This document shows, one piece after another, positions 44,077 through 54,800 of a stretch of DNA of 64,000 bases. Origin of the DNA: a virus (lineage: Duplodnaviria; Caudoviricetes); the IMG/VR virus record IMGVR_UViG_3300047160_036266, positions 256,001 through 320,000 of that record; one strand, given 5' to 3'. Position numbers and translations under genes: made by a program. Numbering within the stretch: position 1 is the stretch's first letter; every line of letters starts with the position of its first letter. Below the pieces are notes generated by a model. It did no database searches. It worked only from the letters and a program-made list of their open reading frames with translations, and was not told the origin of the DNA.

Positions 44077-46346
44077 TATGCACCCCCTCCACCGCCTCCA
44101 CCGCCACCGTTACCTCCACCGCCGCCGTTGCTACTGCTCATGTCGCAGAGCGGGTCGAGCATAAAGATAGATGCGGCGGGTGCGTCTTTGGAAGCCGTAC
44201 CGTATATCCGGTCGCTGAGTCGTAAGCAGCCATCCATATAGACGACCACCGGGCCGACGCAGGGGCCTTTCGAGCCATCGGGTTCCGGGCAGTCCTTACC
44301 GGCTAGGAGAAGAATAACTTCATCGGCCAGAAAAAGATGCAGCTTGGCAATATTCAGATAGTTTTGCTTTACGTCCACGATCTTGTCCCGGCTGACTATT
44401 TCCATCTTGTCAGAGGGGTTCTTGTCAGGATCGCCTACCATCTCGATCACGTTGTCGTAAGTGGAAAGAATGTAATCCCCGCCGGCTCGCAGGAAGATTT
44501 GGCCGGGACCGGACGGCTTCTCTTGGAACCGCATGATGTGCGGCCCCCGATCTTTGTTGTCCTTCTGAGGGCAGAATATCTGAATGTACTGCTCCTGGGT
44601 TTTCTCCTGGTCGTGATCGTCGGACCACTTCATCTCCAGGCCATAACCGGAGCGAATCCGAATAAACGCCTGATCGGCCTTGTTGTCCGGCGGAACCCCG
44701 CACTGTCGGCAGGGGGCGCATTGTTTGTTGCCCTCGTCATGCAGTTCGATCATGTGCCGACTGGTAGACTCAAGCAGAATGCCCCGGCCCTTCCCGGCAA
44801 AATTGGGCGGGCATTGTCCGCCCGAACCGCTGTCGCTGTCGCACGGGTCGGCGCATACCGTGTCGTCACCCAACTCGAATAGGTTGCCGCAGGCCGTGCG
44901 GAACCTAATGCCGTTGGTGGGGCCTCGTATGCCTGCACATATTTCCGAATCGTCAAATATGATCTGGTGGCCGGTGGAGGAGCGCATGTACATGCGACCC
45001 ACATATTTGCCATTGCAACCAGGATCAAAGGGCTGCAAGGATCGCTCCCAGGTAGGTTCGCCGCTTGGTTCTTCCACCGAATCGTCCATCACTATGGTGT
45101 GACCGCTGATGCTCATTAGCTGAATGCCGCTCTGGGGCAGGTCGCATTTATTCGGCCCGATACCCATTGCCTGGTACGGGCGGCATTCCTGCTGGTGCTT
45201 GAAAAAGGGATTGGCCCCGGTCTGGGAGTGGGCGTACTTGGTGTCTTTCTCCAAGCAATCGCCCCCAGGCGTTCGAGGGTGTCCCCCGACAATCGTGCTG
45301 TTACTTTCCTTGCCTTCGCATTCGTCCTTTTCCTTGGCCGGTACGTCCTGTGGCTGCCCGCCCTGGCTCTGCGCAGAAATGGCTGCCAGCATGTCCTCCT
45401 GGCTGGATGAACCGGACCCGGAATCCTGGTCCGGCACCCCGGTATCCATCAGCCCTTTTTGCTTGGTCACGTCCTCGCTGGGGCTGGGATCGGATACGCC
45501 CTCCCAGCAGCTTACATCGCCGGGTGGTCCGCCACCGCAGGTTGGGTGTGCCCACTGGCCGGCAAAATGCAGGTGGTCGTCTTTCATCATGATCCAATTG
45601 CCGCAACCGGACATAAGCTCGATGCGCTTCCAGCGACGGTTGCAACGTGGGTCGCCATCGACCATCTTCAGCATGTGCTTTTCCGGCGTCTTGAACCCAA
45701 ATATATGCGGGTAAGTGATGCGCTTCTGGGCCTCCGGGTTGTTGTCAAAGTCCGCAACCGAGTTGATGTCAAAACCGTTGTAGTTTTCGGTATTCCACGG
45801 CGGAAAGACCTGGGATTCATCGTCCGGGCCGCACAGGTAGCCGTGGCGGTGGCCTTCCCAGATGCGCGAATATTCATCGACGTTGATACCCCAGACATGG
45901 TTGCCGGGTGTTCCTCTGTCTCGGCCCCAGGTCGTTCCGATATAATAGGGCGAATTTCTCTGTCCGCCCTCAAACACAATACATACCGTGGACCCAGCCG
46001 GCGGCACCCACGTCACGCCACTATCATCGAAACCTCCGAAGGGCGAAACAGGGAAGGCCCAGGGCAGGGATTTAATGGGCCGCTGCGGGTCGTGAAAGAG
46101 TGGGCAGAAGAACCGGACTCGGTTCTGCTTCCATATGTCGATGGTGTCCACCACCAAGGCCGTGGCGATGCCCATTTGCTGCTCGGACTGCGGCACCATC
46201 ATGAAATGGCTCTTCTGGACGTAGTGTTCCTCCAGGTTGGCCTGCGTTTGCTCAAGTTCGTCTTTCAGCCTTTGCAGGTCTTCATATACCCTGCGGATTT
46301 TCTCCGGTATGCTGATATTTTCAGGCAGCGGTTCTAAGTTTGGCAT
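44076..46346 (-). CDS. Baseplate central spike (gp5/VgrG-like OB fold plus beta-helix repeats)
   Basis: OB-fold NRVRF..LPWA..P.GSTVCIVFEGG..PYYIG; repeated GHxIxxDD units with Cys-rich inserts; no lysozyme domain seen. Confidence 0.8.
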   Translation of the reverse strand: MPNLEPLPENISIPEKIRRVYEDLQRLKDELEQTQANLEEHYVQKSHFMMVPQSEQQMGIATALVVDTIDIWKQNRVRFFCPLFHDPQRPIKSLPWAFPVSPFGGFDDSGVTWVPPAGSTVCIVFEGGQRNSPYYIGTTWGRDRGTPGNHVWGINVDEYSRIWEGHRHGYLCGPDDESQVFPPWNTENYNGFDINSVADFDNNPEAQKRITYPHIFGFKTPEKHMLKMVDGDPRCNRRWKRIELMSGCGNWIMMKDDHLHFAGQWAHPTCGGGPPGDVSCWEGVSDPSPSEDVTKQKGLMDTGVPDQDSGSGSSSQEDMLAAISAQSQGGQPQDVPAKEKDECEGKESNSTIVGGHPRTPGGDCLEKDTKYAHSQTGANPFFKHQQECRPYQAMGIGPNKCDLPQSGIQLMSISGHTIVMDDSVEEPSGEPTWERSLQPFDPGCNGKYVGRMYMRSSTGHQIIFDDSEICAGIRGPTNGIRFRTACGNLFELGDDTVCADPCDSDSGSGGQCPPNFAGKGRGILLESTSRHMIELHDEGNKQCAPCRQCGVPPDNKADQAFIRIRSGYGLEMKWSDDHDQEKTQEQYIQIFCPQKDNKDRGPHIMRFQEKPSGPGQIFLRAGGDYILSTYDNVIEMVGDPDKNPSDKMEIVSRDKIVDVKQNYLNIAKLHLFLADEVILLLAGKDCPEPDGSKGPCVGPVVVYMDGCLRLSDRIYGTASKDAPAASIFMLDPLCDMSSSNGGGGGNGGGGGGGGGA

Positions 46347-47882
46347 TTATCCTAATCCTCCTGGTCCTCCTGTTTGCCCGGCTGGGGCAGGAAGAGCCAC
46401 TTCAAGTGTTGTGGTATATGAACCGTCAGCGATCTGGTGGTCTGCCCCCGATACTCTCCACTTATCGGAAGAGAAAATGTTATTGCATGGCGGGACGGCC
46501 AGCCAGTCGCACGACTCAGTTCCTTCTGATACAACCCGGAAGGGATTGACTACCACAATCCCGATTCGCCAATTTGCACCAACGTACACGTTGTTGGTGA
46601 ACCTGGGATCACCCTGTATCTTTAGTTTGGCTGTGGTGGGCTGATAGGTGCCACTCGTATTACGTTGAGCCGCCAGATGCGAGTTGATGGCTGACTGTAA
46701 CCGCTCCGCAACCAAGGCCGGCGGACGCCAGTTTACATCGCTTTGGGGCGGTGCCACGAAGGTCTGCACGCCCGAAGGTGGGGCCGGAGTTGAGCGGCTA
46801 TAGAGGGTTCGACAAAGCGCCTGCCGTCGCTCCTGGGGTTGATCCGTTCGGCTGGTGAGACTTCGCTGCGCAAAGCCGCCGGGACCACCAGTAATATCTC
46901 CTGCCCCCAGGTTGAAGGCCATGTCGTACTTGGTCTTTGGCTCGAATGATAAAACGGGGCTGCAATCACCGCCGTTGACGATAAAGGTTCCCCAAAACTC
47001 CCTGCCCGATGGGTTCTGGTTGCAGGCCAGCGTTGGGTCTTCCATGAACAGGATCGTGGGCGGATTCTGCATACAAGGGAGAATCGTGTAGACGCCCTTA
47101 TCCCGATCCGTGGTAAGGCTATTGAGCCATGTTCTCGATGCCGCCAGTGGTTGCTGTTGATTTGCCGCCCAGGTACTATACGGCCCGTTCCGACCGCCCT
47201 CGCTATTTCTAAAGGAATATTCTTGCAGAGTGCCATCCGCCATGCGCTGAAACTGCGTTCGCTGAACCGGAGGGTTGGTGCGGCTGTGAAGCTGCCGTAT
47301 CGCCGGGACTAATCGCATCCGCTGGTCATCGCTGCCGAACGGCAGATTGACACGGGTACTTGCGCTACAGAGGGTTGCATGGATGGCCTTGATCGTGAAC
47401 TTAACACGCCCGGCACTATACTCGACCTCCAGTTCTTTGATGACTCCATAAATGTACCCGCCGAATGGGGCCGGTAGTCCAGACAGGTAGTATGGTTGAA
47501 CGTATCCGGTGCTACAACTTTTCCTGATCCATCCAAAATCGGCGGTCAGAGAAAAATTGCCGCTGGTAATGTCCGAATATACGTTGTTAGCAAAGTCCGA
47601 GAACTCTCCTCCTTGCTCATCCATGATTTCGGCTACAACCTCATAGGCTTTTCCGCAACTTACCTGAAGGGATTTGAGTACGGCGGTGTTGTTGACAGCC
47701 GGTGCGGACTCATTACCAACGGTTACATAGCTACTGCTATTGGTTTCGCCCTCGCCTCGTGTCAATGACACGATGGCGTAGGGGGCCGCTACGGCTTCTG
47801 GCTCTGGTCCGCCACTCTGCCTGCTTCCAATGGAGGGTGGGTCTAGGTTATAAAATCTGAGGCAACTAAAATCACAAGCCAT
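46347..47882 (-). CDS. Probable baseplate hub protein (gp27-like)
   Basis: Position between gp53-like and gp5-like genes; C-terminal AKLKIQGDP and V..ADHQIADGSYTTTLE. Confidence 0.6.
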   Translation of the reverse strand: MACDFSCLRFYNLDPPSIGSRQSGGPEPEAVAAPYAIVSLTRGEGETNSSSYVTVGNESAPAVNNTAVLKSLQVSCGKAYEVVAEIMDEQGGEFSDFANNVYSDITSGNFSLTADFGWIRKSCSTGYVQPYYLSGLPAPFGGYIYGVIKELEVEYSAGRVKFTIKAIHATLCSASTRVNLPFGSDDQRMRLVPAIRQLHSRTNPPVQRTQFQRMADGTLQEYSFRNSEGGRNGPYSTWAANQQQPLAASRTWLNSLTTDRDKGVYTILPCMQNPPTILFMEDPTLACNQNPSGREFWGTFIVNGGDCSPVLSFEPKTKYDMAFNLGAGDITGGPGGFAQRSLTSRTDQPQERRQALCRTLYSRSTPAPPSGVQTFVAPPQSDVNWRPPALVAERLQSAINSHLAAQRNTSGTYQPTTAKLKIQGDPRFTNNVYVGANWRIGIVVVNPFRVVSEGTESCDWLAVPPCNNIFSSDKWRVSGADHQIADGSYTTTLEVALPAPAGQTGGPGGLG

Positions 47883-47889
47883 ATTCCTC

Positions 47890-48222
47890 CTATGCCATTA
47901 AGGTTGTTGTATTGGGTATCCTAATATTCGTTCCGGCCTTGAAGTCGTAAATATCGAATATGTTGTTGGCTTCCATAATCTTCCACCAATAATCGGAAAA
48001 GCCGTAGGCACGCTGCGCCACCAAGTCGGGCCGGAACTCCAATCCCTTCGTCACCATCATGAATTTATCCTTGTCGGATGGCACGAACGCCTGCCGTTTG
48101 TAAGTGACAAAGGTGATCCGCTTCAGGTCGGTGTAATAGATAACGTCCGATTTGCTGTAACGACTGGTAGGCGGTACATATTGTCCTGCATTGATGGTTG
48201 TCGTTTCGATGCTGTTGGCCAT
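47890..48222 (-). CDS. Baseplate gp53/LysM-like wedge protein
   Basis: RPDLVAQRAYG...WWKIMEANNI.D...G..IRIP motif. Confidence 0.85.
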   Translation of the reverse strand: MANSIETTTINAGQYVPPTSRYSKSDVIYYTDLKRITFVTYKRQAFVPSDKDKFMMVTKGLEFRPDLVAQRAYGFSDYWWKIMEANNIFDIYDFKAGTNIRIPNTTTLMA

Positions 48223-48756
48223 TTAACCTCCGCTCTGAATGATCCGTTCCTGGCCCGGCAAGTTGTTGCTGTCGTATACTACTTCCCACGTCAAATCCAC
48301 GTCTAATTTGTACGGCAAGAAGGTTTGGGCGTCCCAAGCCACTTCCGTGGGGAATTTAACAGAGTAGCTTTTCAGCACCACACACAAGGGACCATCGGCC
48401 AGCAATCGCCCGCACTGTATCTTGGCGATGGGCGGTGGCACATAAGGCGTCGAACTGGTTCCCTGTCCCGGATAAACCAGACTTTCCAGTGCCCGCAGGT
48501 AGCCAAGGTTCTTGTTGATGTCCTGGGTCGTGCAAACAATCAGGTGAACCGTCATGGATATACTGCGGTTCTCACCGTGGGCAAAGGTCTTCAGCGGGAA
48601 CGCCCGCCCGATCACATTCTCGTCCGAATACTGTGCCTGCTTGCCGTCCGAAATATCCGGCAGCACATTCAAGTTGATCGTCGGCCCTCGTGGTATCTGG
48701 ATGTTGCATCTTTCCAGATTATTAAGAGCGCCAGTTTGACTCGTAGCCTGTGGCAT
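48223..48756 (-). CDS. Tail tube initiator-like protein
   Basis: YS...IGRA.P...F.HG.NRSIS...L.SLVYP...PPI..I..G motif; position after the tape measure. Confidence 0.65.
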   Translation of the reverse strand: MPQATSQTGALNNLERCNIQIPRGPTINLNVLPDISDGKQAQYSDENVIGRAFPLKTFAHGENRSISMTVHLIVCTTQDINKNLGYLRALESLVYPGQGTSSTPYVPPPIAKIQCGRLLADGPLCVVLKSYSVKFPTEVAWDAQTFLPYKLDVDLTWEVVYDSNNLPGQERIIQSGG

Positions 48757-48824
48757 AGTATCCTTGTGTTTGGGGAAGAGATGGGGGTGCTGGCTCAGGT
48801 ATATATGAGTGTCAGCGGCAAATG

Positions 48825-51800
48825 TTAGGAGTTGGCGAAGTTATTGGGCAGTACGCCTAAGTTGGCGCTCTGGACCGCCTGACCCATCGGAACGTCAGGG
48901 AAGCGTGGTGGACGACCTGGAATGGTGCGATTCTGCGTGCGCCGTGGCTCGCCACCCATGCCGGTTACTGGCGCTGGCTTCGGCTTGAAGTATTCAACCA
49001 GCTTGGCCAGCAACTCCTTCTGCTCCTGCTCCACCGCAAGTGTCTGCGCTGTAAGTTTCGTCAATTCGGCCATTTCGGCAAGCGGACCCGTTGCTGCCGC
49101 CGGGGCCTGATCGGTAGCATAGCGCTGCTGCATTGCCGTGTGCAGGTCGGTCATGGACTGAGCCACGGCGACTTGCGTTGCCGGCTGCTCGGTGGCTGCC
49201 TCAAGTCGCACGCCGGTTGCTCCACCCAACGTCTGAATAAGACGGTTGACGGCCCCCATCGTTTCCACGTCATGAACGTAGATGCTACCCCGCTGCAAAC
49301 CCTGGTTGGCCAGGTCCGTCATGCCCTGGTTCGCCTGTGCCTGGGCTTGTTGATTCTGCTGCTGTGCTTGCTGTTGCTGCTGCTGTTGTTGAGTCTGCCT
49401 ATCCCGCCACTGATTAAAGCTAGTTGTCAGGGGGCCGGTAGCAGCCCGAACACTGTCGCCCACAGTCTGGGAAATACCAGTGATACGTCCAGTCAGATTT
49501 GTGGTGGAATCCGCCACTGCCTTGGAGGTTATCTTTGCCGATCCCGTAACGGCCCTATCGACTCCCGTAACATTGGCTTGGGTACTCTGTTGGGAGGAGG
49601 TAGTTATGGTCTGTTCCGAGAAGCGGTTCTGGGTCTTTTGGGTGTAGACCATAGTGCTTATCAACTCGCGCAGGGCCTCTTCAACCCCAACATCCTGGGT
49701 TTGCTGAATCTCATCGGGACCGCCTGGGGCAGCCCCCGGTGCCCGTGGACCGGCATTGGCCCGGACTAATGCCGCCCCCATCGCTTTATCCATTCCGGCC
49801 ATGCCTCCGGCGGCTTTAGGCGGTGCTGCGGCGGGTGTAACGCCGCCGCCGGGGGCTGCACCCGCTCCTCCCGGCCCTAATGCGGCGGGATTGACGAAGC
49901 TGGCCGTTGCATTACCCCCTGCCATATAATTGGCCAATTGACCGGCATCCAGGGGTGGCATTTTACTCAATGTCGTTGCCACATCGCTGATCTGCCCGAA
50001 ATTGATCTTTGTAAGGCCCGAAACGTCCACGTCCACGTCTGCCAGACCCGCCAAAGTGCCGCTGAGGGTGGCAATAACCGTGTCCATCTCCCCCAAAACA
50101 TCGTTGAGAACTTCAAGGGAGTCGATCACCCCCTCAAGTTCTTCTGTGTCGGCAAAGTTCTCCTTGATGGGGTCGATTATGCCTGTCCGTATTGCCTCTG
50201 CCGCCCCCTTGAAGAAGTTGGCGAACTTGTTGGTCGAGTCCGCAAGGTCAATATCCCAATCCGGGCCGGTGTTTAGCTTGTTCATTTGGGTGGTAACAGC
50301 ATCAACAACCTCGTTCACCTTGGGGAGAATACGGGATACGGCGTCGATTTCCTTAACGACCTCTTCAAGCTTCCTCGAATGCGGGAAATACCTCCAGATG
50401 GGGTCGATTATACCAATGCTGATACTGAGGGCGAGGCTTCTGAAGAATATAGCGAATCTAAAGGCATCCATCTGCTTCTTGGACTGGTCTTCCCAGGTCG
50501 GGAACTCTCTGCCGAACTTGTTGACCTCTTCCATCATCTTGTCGATGGTTTTCCGTACTTCCGGTATCAATTTCTGGACTATTTCTAGTCTCTTTAGCAG
50601 GTCAGCGAGTTCCGATGACGGCGGGAACCACACCTGGACCGGCTGGATCATGCCCTCGCTGATGCCCCTGGCAATATCCGTGAAGTAGGCGGCGAAGTCC
50701 CGGAACTTCCAGTTCATCTTGACGCTCCTCCACCATATGCCGAAGAAGCTCTGGCCATAGTCCTTGATTTCATTCGTTATGTCTTCGCAAACCTTCCTGA
50801 CCGCCGGGAGGAACTTCGGCACCATTTCGAGGCGAGCGATCAACTCTTGGAATACCTTGGCCGGCGGGAACCACTGGCGCACCGGATCAATCATGCCCGC
50901 CTTCAGGTTCCAGGCTATATTTCGGAAGAAGGTGCCGAATGCAAACAAATCCCAGGCCGTATTCAACATCTGAGCGGCAACGCCGATTGTGCCGCCAAGC
51001 CTCTTCATTTCATTGCTCAAGGCGTCGATCATCGCTCCGACCTTCGGCAGCATGTTCCTTACCCCGTCCAAACGCCCGTTGACTTCCACGAAGAAGGCGC
51101 TCTCTGGGAAATATTTGCGAATGGGTTCCAGAATGCCTTTGCCCAAAGCAACGGCTATGGTCCTGAAGAACTCGGAGAAGATCGTAACCTGGGCGGCAAT
51201 GACGCCCTGCATTCTCCACCACGGTGCCTTGGAGAACGTGTCCATCTCCTTGGCCAAGTCCTCGATAAACTTGGGCAGTTTCTTGACCAAATCAACCATG
51301 CCCTGAAGCTGGGCCTGCGCCTCCTGAACTTCCTGTGGCTTCGGGAAGGTAGTCTTGATCGGTATAAAGATGCCGTCACCCAGAGCGCGTGATATGCCGC
51401 CAAACCATTCGCCAAATTTCTTTACGGCATCGCCCATCGTTTTTACATTTGGCTCCCTGGGCGGGTCGTTGAACCACTTAATGCTGTTGGCCAAATCTAC
51501 GATGAACTTCGGCAACAGGTTGATAAGCCGCACCGCACCCGCCAGGCTCATGGCCGCAATCGACAAGTCGCGTGGGTCGCCAATGTCATAGATGATCGGA
51601 TCAACAATGCCGTGGCCGATAAAGTTGAACACCCCCTTGAAGAAGTCCTGGTAATTATCCGTGCTGTTCTCCAACTGTGTGAGGACGTTGCCGGCCAGGT
51701 CATCGCCCGCCTGCATCAGCGGGACCAGTCCATATTGAATGCCGTAGATTACCGGCGGGATGCTCTTGATAAGAGGCACCAATGCCTGCATGGACTCAGA

Positions 51801-54800
51801 AGCTATCTTCACGTCCCGTGGATCACCTATAACATAGAAGATGGGGTCGATGATGCCTTTGCCAAGGAACCTGGCCAACGCCCAGAAGAACGTACTGAAC
51901 GCTTTGGTCGTCTTGGCATCGAGGTTAGCAGCGACCTTGCCCGCATAGGTTCCGGCGTCCACCATTGGCAGAAGACCATAAACGGTCATCCAGACCACCG
52001 GCGGGATGGAGGCAATTAACGGCACCATCGCCTTCATGGACTCGGCGGCGATCTTCACATCCCGTGGGTCGCCAATGACCTTGAAGATCGGGTCGATAAT
52101 ACCTTTGCCCAGGAAGTTGGCCAGGACACTGAAGAACGTGTTGAATTTCTTGGTTGTCTCCTCGTCAATCTTCTTGGCCATCTGTCCCGCATACTTGCCG
52201 GCGTCAACCATCGGCAACAGTCCGTACACGGTCATCCAGACTACCGGCGGGATCGACGCAATCAGCGGCACCAACGCTTTCATGACCTCCGCAGCAATCT
52301 TTACGTCTCGTGGATCGCCAATGACCTTGAAGATCGGGTCGATAATGCCTTGGCCAAGGAATTTGGATAAGGTCATGAAGAACTTGTTGAACTCCTTGGT
52401 GGTGGACGTGTTTATTTTGGAAGCAATCTCATTGGCCTTTGTACCCTCTTCGATCATCGGGATGAGGTTCCTTGCCACCATACGCACGACGGGCGGAATA
52501 TAGGCGATCAACGGCACCAACGATTTCATGACATCGGCGGCGATCTTCACGTCGCGTGGATCACCGATGACGTAGAAGATCGGGTCAATGATGCCCCGGC
52601 CAAGGAAGGTGGCCAGTGAGGAAAAGAACTTGTCGAACTCGTCGGCCTTCGCAAGCAGGTCTTTCGCAGATACACCGTGCGTGCCCTTCTCCACGATGGG
52701 GATGAGACGGGTGACTACCTGATGAATGATCTTGGGAATGGCCTTGAGGACCGGGATGATTGCCTTCATCGTCTCGGCAGCGTCCTGCGCTTCCTTGGCG
52801 GGGCCAATGCTCTTGGCAGCGGCGAGGACCGCCCGCAGCAAGTATACGACGGGCGAGGACATAATCTCAAAGGCTTTGACGGCATCCCACATCCAGTCGG
52901 CTATAATCTTTGCCACCGTAGAGGAAGGCTGCCTGCTCAGGAGCCGCTGGGCCTTCTCGATTGCCTTGAAGACGGCAGTACCGGACTTCAGAGTGCTGCC
53001 AATAGCTTCGCCAAGTTTCTTGGCCTCTTCGGGACTCATGCCGCCTGTTATTCCCCGCCCCATGCCTACCAGCGAGGCAATAAATGGAACAACCGGGGCT
53101 GCAATAATCTGGAAAGCCTCGGCACCCTTTTCCATCATGTTGGCGGTGTCTGTAGCCGCCTCCTTGGCACTCTTAGTTACCCAGAAGAAGAAGCCGCCCT
53201 TGAATTGAGTCTTGCCCAATTCCTCCAAGGTCTGGCGAGTTTTGGCCACGGCATCGAATACCGCCCCGCCCGCCTTGAGGGTGGTTTCCAGCGCCTCTCC
53301 CAACTTCTTGGCCTGCTCTTCTGGCATACTGCCGGTGATCTGCGCTCCCAGCCCCATTAAGGAAGAGATAAAAGGCACCACGGGTGCTGCAATGATGTCG
53401 AATACCTCGGCACCCTTCGTCATCATGTCGGCGGTTTCCTGGGCCTCTTTGATGGCACCCTTCCCGGTGATCCATGACCAGAAGCTCCCGCCGCCTAACT
53501 TGACCAGGGTTTCCTTGGCCTTATTGACTGAATCAAGTACAGCCCCGCCGGCCTTCATAACGGTCTGGAGATTATCGCCTAGTTTCTTGGCCTCGTCCTC
53601 CCCTATGGTTGAAGTCACCATTGTGCCGAAGTCCACGAGCTTGCTAATGAAATCCGGGATTGGTCTGGAAATCTCCTCAAATACGCTGATGCCGGTGCGC
53701 ATAAGGTCAGCCGTTTGTTGGGCTTCTTTTACCGCACCCTTCCCCGTTATCCACGCCCAGAAACTCCCGCCGCCCATCTTCATGAGGATGGTCTTCGAGT
53801 CTTGCACCGCTTGCAAGGTAATACCCATTGTCTTCATGAGCGCCTGGACGTTATCGGAAAGCTCCTTCGCATCATCGGCGTCAAGACTGGTCGTGATCTC
53901 CTGACCGAATTCGACTACCTTCTTGGCAAAGTCCTTGACTGGCTTGGAGAACGTGGTAAATACGGTGATGCCGGTGCGCATGGTTTCCGCCGTTTCCTCG
54001 GCCTGCTTTTCAGCGCTCTTGCCTGTGATCCATGACCACACGCTTCGGCCAGCCATCTTGATAAGCGTCTCTTTGGACTCCTGAACAGCCTTCAGCACCA
54101 CGCCCATCGTCTTCATGAGGGCCGTGACGTTATCGGCAATCTCCTTGGCGTCTTCGGCGTCTATGTTGGCGGTGATCGCCTCACCAAAGTCAATGACCTG
54201 CTTCACAAAGTCCTTCACCGGCTCCTTGACGATCCCAAAGACAATAATGCCCTTACGCATCATGCCGGCGGTTTCGTATGCCTCAGTAACGGCGCTCTTG
54301 CCAGTTATCCAGCCCCAGAAGCTCGGCCCGCCCATCTTGATGAGGATGCCTTTTATTTCCTCTACACCCTTGAGGACGACGCCACCCGCTTCGATTAGCG
54401 TTTTGAAGCTATCGGCTATTTGCTTGGCCTCTTCGGCGGAAGTACCCTGGATGATCGCCCGGCCCAAATCCAGCAGCGCCCTGATGAAGAACTGGACGGG
54501 CTGTGCCATGATGCCAAAGGCGACGATGCCGGCCCACATCATGGCAGCAATAAAGACCGCCCACCAACCAAGCAGACCAAAACCAGCCAGCAAAGCGCCG
54601 TATTTGATTATGTTCCAGGCCACCGTACCCATAGCGTCAAATACTGCCTCTACCATCTTGGCCATGTCCTGGGCCTTAGCGGCAGTACCCCACAGTCCTT
54701 CGAGTACCTTGATAAAACCAAGTATGGCCGCTCCAAGCACTATGATGGGCGGCGACATGAGTGCCAGAGCGATAATGCCGATCCACGCCAACTTAACTAT

